IMG/VR virus record: IMGVR_UViG_3300009129_001089 | Source of the DNA: a virus | Reading direction: 5' to 3' (one strand) | Length of the DNA stretch: 64,000 bases | Part shown: positions 37,057-46,212 of the stretch, piece after piece | How the letters are laid out: each line of letters opens with the position of its first letter | Numbering within the stretch: position 1 is the first letter of the stretch | Notes under the pieces: model-generated | The model's database searches: none | What the model was told of the DNA's origin: nothing | Seen by the model: the letters and a program-made list of their open reading frames with translations, nothing else | Made by a program: the position numbers and the translations under genes

Positions 37057-39282
37057 TCAAGTATATCCTGCTTTACTTGTTATTGCATGACACTGGTCCG
37101 CCGACAATCCTAAACGTGAACACATCTTATGTAACTTATCGTGACCTTTTTTACTATTAGAACCAGTTAACACTTGTGCTAACTTAATTACTTTTTTAGG
37201 AGTAACACTTTCACTTTGTACTTTGTTCTCTTCTTCTTCTCGCTTCCAATAATTATCTGCAAGATCTACACCTTGGGCATCTGTGTAATAACTTATGTGA
37301 AATTTTTCATTTCTATTTTTTAATATAGGAGACGTTTGTATCATAGATGTTTGAAAATCTTCTGCGGCCGCTCTAACATCAAATTGAGCATTTGGTACAA
37401 CTTCGCTTCTTTGTAAAACTTCTTCTGCAGAGAAGTTAATATCTTGCATTGACCACCACTCTTTAGATACTTCACCATATTGTTGTTCTTCTCGCACAAC
37501 CCAATCTACAATTTGAACTATTGGTGCTGTTATATAACATCTATTAGGAGAATCTGATGGTAATCCGGGTTTTTCGAATACGATTGCTAAATCTAATCCT
37601 CCGCCCGAATGATTAACGAAATTATAATCAGAATTTTCTAGAGCTGATTTAAATTGTAACACTACTTCATGTCTTATGCCTTCTTCCCATCCTGCGTTGA
37701 CTGCCTCTACTAATATATCAGCAATACCAACATAATCTTGTTCTGTTTTTTCATCATACTTAATAGCATTGTTTAACACGTCTTCCTCAAGTTCGTCGCC
37801 TAATACTGTTGCAAATTCTGTGTTTAATATATTTCGTGTTGCTTCTGGTATATATTTCCATAGCTCATTGTGGCCTGTGTCTTTATTATTGTCTCGTCTT
37901 AATGTTGTTGCCCAATCCTTTATACTCCAAGGCTCATAATCTTCATCTCTATACCGGAGATCTGGGGTCTCTCCATCACGCAATACTTGGTCGTATGTGC
38001 TATTAGCCAATTCATAACTTATTAATGAATATACGTTTGGATATTCATTTGTAATTTGTACAGGTATTTCCATTGCCTGTTTTGCAGTTTTTCCTATAGC
38101 AGTATCGCGTGGTATGAATAGTTGCGGTGTTTGGCTTTCATTATCTAATTTAGTTGTTATAATTTCAACTAATGTGTCATCTATACCTATATCCTCTACA
38201 TATTTGCCTATGTTGTCTCCTGCTAATCCAGGCTTTTTTGCTATAAGTTCTGCGGCATCAGGTAAATCCCATACAGAAAAATTTGCTTCAGGATGATATC
38301 CGCCGCCTTTAATACCTTTAATCTCTTTATTCATTATTAATGTTCTAATAACATTATGATATTTTGCGGAAGGTTTTTGATTTGCATAGCCTTTCATTTC
38401 ACCCAAATATCCTGCACCATCTAATATAAATGTAAGATGTGGTGTCCAATGATATTTTTTATGTGGATGCGGTGTTCTATAACTGAGGATTGTATCATCA
38501 TCCTTGTACGATGCAGTATTACCGCAATGACCCATTGACTCGCCCTCTTTTGAACAAAATGCTCTGTCTAAGTCAAACCATGCCGATCCATCTGGAAACT
38601 TAATAAACTCTTCGTACATTTCTCGGTATTCGGTCTCTTCACCGGTATCCATATCGGACATTACTCCGCCATGTGCTATTGAACGTTCATCATCTTTAAG
38701 AGCTTTAATCCATTCAGTTTCTACGTTGGCCATTCTCATATGAACAGCAGTCGGCGTTTCTTCAGGTTTGAATGTCATATTGCGAATAGTATTACCAAAT
38801 CCATCGTGTTCTATAAAATGATTCATAGAGTAAAAGAATTGATCATCACCGCCTGGAAAGATACCTCTTACACCTTCATTGCCTATTTTTATACCTGCTT
38901 GTTCTGCTTGTTTTCTTATACGTTGTTCTTCTTTTTCTGTGTATAAAGTCGGATAGCCGTAATCTTTATTGTAAATAAGATGTATTTTAGTATCTAATAC
39001 ATACCATCGTAATGCCCATACTACTTTAGAGTTGTCTACTTTACCATCTTGTTTTTGAAATGCTTTTTTTGCTTGGTTTGTAATGGCTTTAAAATCTCTT
39101 AACAAGGTATTATAATTTTGAGTACCAGGACCATGTTCGGGCACTAAACCACGAACTAAACTATTCTGTAAATTGTCTACAATACTTTCGTTTAATAATA
39201 ATGCCTCTACTAAACCACGAACTAGACTATTATGTAAATTGTCTTCATTACTTTTGTTTAATAGAGCCTCAGAAATTCTCAT
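37057..39282 (-). CDS. Large protein with PcfJ-like segment, putative head-packaged
   Basis: EGESMGHCG...LT..L.....EMKG..N.KP; N-terminal duplicated DNL.NSLVRGLV; several LxE/SE sites. Confidence 0.5.
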   Translation of the reverse strand: MRISEALLNKSNEDNLHNSLVRGLVEALLLNESIVDNLQNSLVRGLVPEHGPGTQNYNTLLRDFKAITNQAKKAFQKQDGKVDNSKVVWALRWYVLDTKIHLIYNKDYGYPTLYTEKEEQRIRKQAEQAGIKIGNEGVRGIFPGGDDQFFYSMNHFIEHDGFGNTIRNMTFKPEETPTAVHMRMANVETEWIKALKDDERSIAHGGVMSDMDTGEETEYREMYEEFIKFPDGSAWFDLDRAFCSKEGESMGHCGNTASYKDDDTILSYRTPHPHKKYHWTPHLTFILDGAGYLGEMKGYANQKPSAKYHNVIRTLIMNKEIKGIKGGGYHPEANFSVWDLPDAAELIAKKPGLAGDNIGKYVEDIGIDDTLVEIITTKLDNESQTPQLFIPRDTAIGKTAKQAMEIPVQITNEYPNVYSLISYELANSTYDQVLRDGETPDLRYRDEDYEPWSIKDWATTLRRDNNKDTGHNELWKYIPEATRNILNTEFATVLGDELEEDVLNNAIKYDEKTEQDYVGIADILVEAVNAGWEEGIRHEVVLQFKSALENSDYNFVNHSGGGLDLAIVFEKPGLPSDSPNRCYITAPIVQIVDWVVREEQQYGEVSKEWWSMQDINFSAEEVLQRSEVVPNAQFDVRAAAEDFQTSMIQTSPILKNRNEKFHISYYTDAQGVDLADNYWKREEEENKVQSESVTPKKVIKLAQVLTGSNSKKGHDKLHKMCSRLGLSADQCHAITSKAGYT

Positions 39283-39467
39283 GCCTTAAACCGGTTTCCT
39301 TTTTTTGCTTGTTTTGTTGCTACTGCATACATAACAGATTCACCATCCTTACCATATTGGTCAGTAAAGTTTTTTTTATGTGACTTTAACTTTTTAACAT
39401 TATGTTCTTTGTCACTCTCTTCTTTTTTAGAAAGTTCACGTTCAGATATAATATCTTCAATTAACAT
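39279..39467 (-). CDS. Small putative head protein
   Basis: MLIEDIISE; YGKD.ESVMYAVATK.AK. Confidence 0.6.
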   Translation of the reverse strand: MLIEDIISERELSKKEESDKEHNVKKLKSHKKNFTDQYGKDGESVMYAVATKQAKKGNRFKA

Positions 39468-40357
39468 TCGATCAAACTCCGAAATAATATGTGTTTACTT
39501 TCCATAGCATTAATCATATTAATTGTTTCTTGTTTTCTGTCCGCTTTAGGTGTGCCTACTTCGCCTGATTTAATTGACACCATAGCATTGAACACACCTT
39601 TAACTCTATCTTTGCTTGTAGGGTGTTTTAAAGACGCTTGTACATCAGGTAATAGGTCATCGAACGATTTAGTTAAATCATACTGCCATAACAATCTATC
39701 TACATCGTTCCAATTATTAGATTTCCATAATACTTCTCTAGTACCTTTTGCTTCTCTACCTCTATGATCTTTTTCATATGCTCGTAACTGTAATTCAATA
39801 CCACTTAAATTAAATTCTAATACTTTATTTGTTTTAGGGACACCTAATCCTATACTTGCAAATAATCTATCTATTGTTTTTGTTGCATTTGCTTCTTGAA
39901 TTGCAGTTTTAATAAGACCTAAAATTAATCCTTGTTTTTCTGCAGGCCAATCTAAAAAACTTTTTTTAAATGCACTTTCATCTTTTGTTACTGCTACTAT
40001 ATTATCTATTTGTGCTGTTTTGCCTGCTTCTGTTTGGGGGAACAAAACACTAACAAGTTCACCTGCATTGTATGAACGTCTGCCCGCATACTTATCGCTT
40101 CTAAAAGGTAAAATTTTATTTGCTGATTGATTTTCTAAATAGTTTTGTAATTCTTTTTTAATTGCTTTTTTATCTGTACCTTCAATGTGTACAATTAAAT
40201 CTATGTCGCCGTGATCTTTTTTACCTGCGGCTACACCACCTGTAACTTCTGCAGACACGAAACCAGGAAAACCTGATAACACCGAATCGATATAACTTTT
40301 CGCTGTTGAATTAACATGCTCGTTACTTATTCTATCTCCGCCTGCTACTCCGCTCAT
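39461..40357 (-). CDS. Pol-beta superfamily nucleotidyltransferase (B)
   Basis: TGG....KKDHGDIDL, third acidic residue in QID. Confidence 0.75.
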   Translation of the reverse strand: MSGVAGGDRISNEHVNSTAKSYIDSVLSGFPGFVSAEVTGGVAAGKKDHGDIDLIVHIEGTDKKAIKKELQNYLENQSANKILPFRSDKYAGRRSYNAGELVSVLFPQTEAGKTAQIDNIVAVTKDESAFKKSFLDWPAEKQGLILGLIKTAIQEANATKTIDRLFASIGLGVPKTNKVLEFNLSGIELQLRAYEKDHRGREAKGTREVLWKSNNWNDVDRLLWQYDLTKSFDDLLPDVQASLKHPTSKDRVKGVFNAMVSIKSGEVGTPKADRKQETINMINAMESKHILFRSLIEC

Positions 40358-40360
40358 TGT

Positions 40361-40786
40361 TTATGGCCTCAACTTATGGACAGTACCGGTAGAATCTTTA
40401 TAAATTCCGCCACGGTCTGGCATTTTAGTTGGTTTACTTTTTGGCTTAGTACCAGCACCAGCAATAGCTGAAATCCCATCGTCAGGCCTACCTAAATCTG
40501 CTGTACTTAATCCGGCTCTATTAGGATCAAGTATAGTTTTTGGTTTTGCCTTTGGCATTGTAAGTTGTGATGCATATTGATCTTGAGGTTGAGGAGCATT
40601 CCAGTCTTTTGGCCAAAACTCTCCTACTGGTGGGTTTCGCTTTGAATAATCAAGTGCCGCTTTTCTCATGGAACCTAACTTTGAGTTTTTTGCTTTTAAA
40701 TAAGCATCATGTGTTTTAAAATGTACCCTACCAGCGTTATCAAAATATGTATCGCCGCGTTCTATTAATATTTCATTTAGTCTCAT
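40361..40786 (-). CDS. Small basic putative head protein
   Basis: MRLNEILIE tag. Confidence 0.6.
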   Translation of the reverse strand: MRLNEILIERGDTYFDNAGRVHFKTHDAYLKAKNSKLGSMRKAALDYSKRNPPVGEFWPKDWNAPQPQDQYASQLTMPKAKPKTILDPNRAGLSTADLGRPDDGISAIAGAGTKPKSKPTKMPDRGGIYKDSTGTVHKLRP

Positions 40787-41730
40787 ATATTACTCCTAAG
40801 GTTACTGCTGTCTGGTAAAAACTTTCCTGTTAACCCAAACTCATCCTTATGTTGTAACCAGTATTCTTGTAAATCGTCTGGTATATCTACTCGTGTTCTG
40901 TCTAGTATTTTTAAATAAATTTGCATAACATTATCATACAATGGATGTCCTTTAATTGCATCGTGTAATGTATGATAGTTTGCTAATTGTTGTATTGATA
41001 AATTTAGCCCAAATAATTCATTTAATAGAGCCAATGTGTCGTCGGGAGTTCCTGCAACTACTTCTTTGGTTGCTTTATCTTTAACACCTACTTTATGATC
41101 AAACGAATGATTAGTTGCTTGAAACATTGCTAACATTAATTGTGTTCTATGTAATCCTTTTACATTAGAGTCTTCAGGATAATTAGCCGATGCATAACTA
41201 AATTTAAGCCAATCTAAATTGCCTACCATCCAATCAATTTGTATACCTACATTTAAATTACTACCTTGTTCATCATATTGCGGAAACATTCCAAATGCAT
41301 TACCTGGTGTAACTTTTTTGGGATCCATATGTATAGTAGGTGCATGTTCATTAACATATTCGCTAATTAAAACTAATGCAGTTTTCATAGCAACTTGTTC
41401 ATCACTTGATGTTCTTGCACGTTTTTTAAAAACATCAAATCGTGTAACAAATTCTTCTGGTCTAATATGCCATGCTGTTAGTGTTTGGCTAGAAATGCCT
41501 TGTGGAAACAATTCTGTTGCGTCAACTGCTAAATCTATATCACCACTTGAACTTTTAAGACCTACAGATCCAACTGGATGAAACTTATTAGGTGAGATGC
41601 CTGCGTTAGGAAACACTTGTTGCAATTCAGCAAAGTATCTTTCTAATGTAGGTTGTATATTTTCTTTTGCAATTCGTCCTGTATTTTCTCCAAATACATT
41701 ACCACCTTCTAATAATTCTGCAAAACGCAT
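40783..41730 (-). CDS. Pol-beta superfamily nucleotidyltransferase (A), putative head-packaged
   Basis: VGS..K..SGDIDL, QIDWM, KGLHR; MRFAELLEGG tag. Confidence 0.8.
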   Translation of the reverse strand: MRFAELLEGGNVFGENTGRIAKENIQPTLERYFAELQQVFPNAGISPNKFHPVGSVGLKSSSGDIDLAVDATELFPQGISSQTLTAWHIRPEEFVTRFDVFKKRARTSSDEQVAMKTALVLISEYVNEHAPTIHMDPKKVTPGNAFGMFPQYDEQGSNLNVGIQIDWMVGNLDWLKFSYASANYPEDSNVKGLHRTQLMLAMFQATNHSFDHKVGVKDKATKEVVAGTPDDTLALLNELFGLNLSIQQLANYHTLHDAIKGHPLYDNVMQIYLKILDRTRVDIPDDLQEYWLQHKDEFGLTGKFLPDSSNLRSNI

Positions 41731-42080
41731 TAAATATCCCCAAACTGTTTTTTATATCTGTTTTGACGGGCTAACTTATCGTATGCAGAAACAAGGGTTT
41801 CAAGTTTTCCTTGAAAAACAGGGTTATCTTTACTGTATAATATCTTATATGCTCGCCGTATCATAAACGGATCGGCAGGTTGATCAATATCTGCGGTTGC
41901 AATACTATCAGCAAGTTCTTTTAATTGCCTTGCTACCATATTTTGTAATGATTTTATGTCATATGTTCCACCACTAGGTGGCCATATATCTGTTTCAAAA
42001 GGATCTTTTGGACCTTCTTTAAGTCTGTCTAGTACTTCACGCATTTGTGCAGATTTGGTTCTCTCAGATTCCGGCATCAT
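41730..42080 (-). CDS. Hypothetical late protein
   Basis: TAAATA and SD GGAG upstream. Confidence 0.6.
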   Translation of the reverse strand: MMPESERTKSAQMREVLDRLKEGPKDPFETDIWPPSGGTYDIKSLQNMVARQLKELADSIATADIDQPADPFMIRRAYKILYSKDNPVFQGKLETLVSAYDKLARQNRYKKQFGDI

Positions 42081-42104
42081 GGTACTCCATCTATATATGA
42101 ATAT

Positions 42105-42731
42105 TTATCGGTTTTGCAGAATGCAAAGGGATGTTCCAACTATATGTTGCAACGATTTAAAATCTCTATTACCAAGATATAATTCATTTAATGCTTCAGT
42201 TACGCCAGGCCAATGGGGACTGCTATAGTCATGCCAAAGAATATATCCTCCTCGACGTACTAAATTATATGCAAGTTTAGAATCACTCATTGTATATTCA
42301 TAACTATGTGATCCATCAACAAACATAAAGTCAATTCTATCTATATAATCAGTAAAATCGTAGTCGGCCGAATCACCATATATTTGTTTTATCTGTGGAT
42401 GAGATTTAATAGTTGTGATTTTTCTTTTTCGAGTAGTCCAATCTAAAATGTATTTTGCTTCATCGGGTTCAAGTGGTAATTTAGTTTCGTTAGAAGGTAG
42501 GTCTATAGTAATAACTTCACCATCTTTTGGTTGATTTAGTGCCATATTAATAGTAGTTCTTCCATTAAATGTGCCTATTTCTAATATTTTTTTAGGTTTT
42601 AGTGTGCTTATTAGTAAAGAAATTACAACCAATTCAAGAGGTGTTATATTACCATCTTCAGGATTAAGATTTGTTAATGTTATAGATGTGTTTTTATCTA
42701 ATATATCGTCTATTAGTAACCATGGTATCAT
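42105..42731 (-). CDS. Class I SAM-dependent methyltransferase (Methyltransf_24-like)
   Basis: ILEIGTFNG, GDS, FVDGSHSY, WHDY. Confidence 0.88.
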   Translation of the reverse strand: MIPWLLIDDILDKNTSITLTNLNPEDGNITPLELVVISLLISTLKPKKILEIGTFNGRTTINMALNQPKDGEVITIDLPSNETKLPLEPDEAKYILDWTTRKRKITTIKSHPQIKQIYGDSADYDFTDYIDRIDFMFVDGSHSYEYTMSDSKLAYNLVRRGGYILWHDYSSPHWPGVTEALNELYLGNRDFKSLQHIVGTSLCILQNR

Positions 42732-43651
42732 GTTCTAACCCAAGCTCGAGGATGTTGTAAAGGAAAATCTAATCCACCTATTACTGAATGTATGCATTTT
42801 CTACATATTAAATCATTATCGCCCATTCCTTTACCATACATTTGATCTCTTAAATGATTTGCTTCTTCTGAATTAAGTATATATTCGACACTATCTTTTG
42901 TTATATCTCCTATAATGTTTTCTTGATAATAATCTTGGCAACATAAAAATACCTTTCCTTTATGGTTTATAGAAAAAGTATGTTTTAAAACTTTCTTAAC
43001 ACAATCATACATATAAGTATTACCTTTATATTTTGTCTGATATATATCATATTCGTTTTTATCATTAATTTTAAGATTACCACTTCTATTATTATGTGGC
43101 ATAAAATACCAATCTACGTTAATAGGATGAGTTATTATAGATTCTAATTGGTCTCTTATTTTTCCATTTAATACAATACCTCCTTTTAATTGATTACGAT
43201 TAGAAGAAAAAGTTTTTAATAAATTAAGTAAATTATTAAAAGTTTTCTTAAATTGGGCAGGCGGTAATCCATATGTAGCACACCATTCTTCTTCATCTAA
43301 TGTTGTCATATTAACTTCTATTTTTTGAACTACATGTTTATATTGGTATAAAAATGCAATTTTATCTGCATCTAATCTAGTACCATTAGTATGAAGTTGG
43401 AGGTCTATTTTATATTTGTCTAATAGTTTGATTCGTTCTTTAAAAAATTTATCTAGTAATGGTTCGCCATAGTGATTAAAAACCATATAAAAATATTTGT
43501 ATAATTTATTTGTTTTTCGTAGCTCTTTACATATGTGTTCGAATAGCTCTAAACTCATTGTATCAGCAGGAAGGGGATCCTGACTTTGAGGACAAAATAC
43601 ACATCGTGCATTGCAATGTCTAACTGTTTCTATATCAACATAATTTAACAT
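42728..43651 (-). CDS. Radical SAM protein with SPASM/twitch domain
   Basis: CNARCVFC, GEPLL, TNG, C...G.VFLCCQD...CRKC. Confidence 0.9.
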   Translation of the reverse strand: MLNYVDIETVRHCNARCVFCPQSQDPLPADTMSLELFEHICKELRKTNKLYKYFYMVFNHYGEPLLDKFFKERIKLLDKYKIDLQLHTNGTRLDADKIAFLYQYKHVVQKIEVNMTTLDEEEWCATYGLPPAQFKKTFNNLLNLLKTFSSNRNQLKGGIVLNGKIRDQLESIITHPINVDWYFMPHNNRSGNLKINDKNEYDIYQTKYKGNTYMYDCVKKVLKHTFSINHKGKVFLCCQDYYQENIIGDITKDSVEYILNSEEANHLRDQMYGKGMGDNDLICRKCIHSVIGGLDFPLQHPRAWVRT

Positions 43652-43653
43652 GT

Positions 43654-44421
43654 TTACTTAAAAATATTAGTTTCTACAAAATCAATACAATATTCTATTC
43701 GTTTTAAAATTTTTCTACCATCGGCAATATAATCCATGATATGTTTATGAGCCCGTAAATTCATTAAAGAACCAAACAATGCAATAAATGATCGTATAGC
43801 ATCACTCATATATCGATCCTTATCAACAAAAGCAATATTAGGTTCATGATCAACTTTTGTAAACACGTTTGTTTTAGAACAATAAAACATATTGTTGCTA
43901 GATATCCAATCTACTTCTCCTATGCTACAATATTTTCCTGTAATTATTCCTTCGCCTTTAAAAATTCTTTGAGCTTCGTCATTAAAAAATTTTATTGTAT
44001 TCAACATTGCATCTAAAAATTCATCCATTGAAAAAATCATTTTAGATTTGCCTAATAAAAAATTATATATATCTTCACCGGGTACTCTTGTGGACTTCAG
44101 TATCCACCAATCATCTGTAAGATATGTTGTTATTCTGTTTGTTGGAAAATATGCATTGTTGTAAAATACATCATTTCTTGATATTCTATTTCTATACATC
44201 CCATAATAAATTTTATAAAATTCATCCTTAATTAAATCATGAATAACTACCTTTTGTTCTGATTCTATTTCTATTAAATTTAATTTAGAAGATCTTGTTT
44301 CAATTATCTCAAATTTTTCTAATTTAAATTCTACTAAAAATTTATATAGGAAATGTTCTTTTAATAATTCTATCTCAGAATAATCAAATAAAATTTTACC
44401 ATCAAAAATCGAATAGTTCAT
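43654..44421 (-). CDS. Kinase-like (APH/ChoK fold?) protein
   Basis: YK, D....N, VD.EP; paralog of neighbour (F.NNA.FP). Confidence 0.45.
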   Translation of the reverse strand: MNYSIFDGKILFDYSEIELLKEHFLYKFLVEFKLEKFEIIETRSSKLNLIEIESEQKVVIHDLIKDEFYKIYYGMYRNRISRNDVFYNNAYFPTNRITTYLTDDWWILKSTRVPGEDIYNFLLGKSKMIFSMDEFLDAMLNTIKFFNDEAQRIFKGEGIITGKYCSIGEVDWISSNNMFYCSKTNVFTKVDHEPNIAFVDKDRYMSDAIRSFIALFGSLMNLRAHKHIMDYIADGRKILKRIEYCIDFVETNIFK

Positions 44422-45086
44422 AGAACCTCTTTATCAATAAATTTCATACATTTATCTAAAATTTTTGGCATTTCTAATACAGGAAGAAAATTACAATAAG
44501 GATATGAGTTAAAATTTTCAAAATGTTTTAGCAATCTATAATATGTTTTTTCTAAATATTCGTCACGAGTTAACCAAGCAGACGGTTCTATATCTATATT
44601 TGTTGAAGTATTAGTCTCAATATCATATATAATATTGCTTGCACATGAATCTCCCGCCGAATAGTCCCAATACTTATGTTCTTCTGGAAAAATGCGTCGA
44701 GTTTCATTTTTCACCCATATCAAATTATTTAAAAAACTATCAATTATATTTTCGTTAACTGTATTAGGTTTTAAAAAAAATTTTGATAATAAAGTTCCTT
44801 TAGGTATAGTTTGTTTAACAATCCATATATTTTCTTCAATAACAGATGAAACTAAATGATTTGGAAAATGTGCATTATTAAAAAAGATATAATCGTATTT
44901 TTTTACATATTTTGTATCTTTTATAAAAAAAATTTTATAATAACAATTATTTTTATCAAAAATAATCAATCTTGGATCAGCATGAACATTCGAACTAGTT
45001 GGAATTACTTTATATTCTTTAAGATCATAAATTTTTAAAAAGTTTGATAATAATTCACTTGATTCCATTGACAAGATCTGTTTCAA
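44418..45086 (-). CDS. Kinase-like (APH/ChoK fold?) protein
   Basis: YYK, GDSCASNII, IDIEP. Confidence 0.5.
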   Translation of the reverse strand: MKQILSMESSELLSNFLKIYDLKEYKVIPTSSNVHADPRLIIFDKNNCYYKIFFIKDTKYVKKYDYIFFNNAHFPNHLVSSVIEENIWIVKQTIPKGTLLSKFFLKPNTVNENIIDSFLNNLIWVKNETRRIFPEEHKYWDYSAGDSCASNIIYDIETNTSTNIDIEPSAWLTRDEYLEKTYYRLLKHFENFNSYPYCNFLPVLEMPKILDKCMKFIDKEVL

Positions 45087-45360
45087 TACTAGTTGATGCT
45101 TCTAATTCAAAATCGTAATCCATTGCATCATCTAATGCTTCGGCTATAGAATCGCCTTCGTCGGGTTGAATTGAACGGGTAAGATTTACTTCATAATGAT
45201 GTGTATAATTTTGCACATAATGCAACATAACACTATCTTCCATTGTTTGGACAATATCTTCTGGCCCATGTTTTTGAACGATATTAAAAAAATTTACTGC
45301 TAAGTCATCGGGCAACTCTTCATCCATTTTTAATATCAAATGATTAGTAAATTCAGCCAA
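45055..45360 (-). CDS. Acidic hypothetical protein
   Basis: TTG start with SD AAGGA. Confidence 0.6.
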   Translation of the reverse strand: MAEFTNHLILKMDEELPDDLAVNFFNIVQKHGPEDIVQTMEDSVMLHYVQNYTHHYEVNLTRSIQPDEGDSIAEALDDAMDYDFELEASTSIETDLVNGIK

Positions 45361-45372
45361 TTGTTATTCCTT

Positions 45373-45693
45373 TTAAATTTTAAGAAGAACTTTATCTACT
45401 GAACCGGCAACTCTATTTGTTACTTTTGCTCGTAAATAAACATAATTACCACTAAGAGTCATACCTCGAGTGTTTGAATCCGCTGTTAAATTGAATTCAA
45501 ATAAATCAAACCAGTCTGCTTCAATTGGATTACTAGCAAGAGTAGCCTGAATACTTAAGAGACCAGTATAACCAGTCGTATACATTACTACTGTATGCAA
45601 TCCATCTGCGTAACCGTAATAACCATCTGCTTGTATTTTATCGCCTGTAGTATCGGCACTAACAGTGGTCATCATTACTACACTACTAGCCAT
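45373..45693 (-). CDS. Small beta-rich protein (possible virion decoration)
   Basis: IQATL...P...DWF, GNYVYLRAK. Confidence 0.5.
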   Translation of the reverse strand: MASSVVMMTTVSADTTGDKIQADGYYGYADGLHTVVMYTTGYTGLLSIQATLASNPIEADWFDLFEFNLTADSNTRGMTLSGNYVYLRAKVTNRVAGSVDKVLLKI

Positions 45694-45883
45694 TTTCTGG
45701 AACCTCGCTTACATTAGCTTCTGAAACCACTTCTACCATAACATTTTGCCTGCCAGTAAGTTCACCAATAACTGGTTCCAAATTTGCAAGCATTTCGGGC
45801 GGTAGCAATGGTTGGACAGGATCTGCGTCTTTTAACATTTCAGATATTTTAATAACAATAACTTCTTCGTTTAATTTAGCCAT
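45686..45883 (-). CDS. Hypothetical protein
   Basis: Operonic overlap. Confidence 0.55.
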   Translation of the reverse strand: MAKLNEEVIVIKISEMLKDADPVQPLLPPEMLANLEPVIGELTGRQNVMVEVVSEANVSEVPENG

Positions 45884-46181
45884 ATTTCTCTTTTCTACTT
45901 GCTGATACTTTATCCCATTCGGGTGTTCCTGGAGTTAGACCAAGATATGATTCAGAGTCAGTTGACTGTTTAATAGGGTCTTTCCAAGGAGACATACCAA
46001 TTGCACTAAACATTTCGTCTACTAGTCCCATTTCATAAGAACCGCTTTGCAATTCTTTTCTAAGTTCAAGAAGACCTTTAGTTAAAATTTTGAGCTTTTC
46101 TGAATCTCGCCTACTAACGGCCTTATCAAATGTATCTACTTCTAGTATATTACTATATTTTCGTAAAAGTTTTCCACTCAT
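45876..46181 (-). CDS. Hypothetical late protein
   Basis: TAAATA and SD upstream; LLRKYSNILE. Confidence 0.55.
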   Translation of the reverse strand: MSGKLLRKYSNILEVDTFDKAVSRRDSEKLKILTKGLLELRKELQSGSYEMGLVDEMFSAIGMSPWKDPIKQSTDSESYLGLTPGTPEWDKVSASRKEKYG

Positions 46182-46212
46182 AGGTTATCTTCCTAGTTAG
46201 ATATTACAGTAT

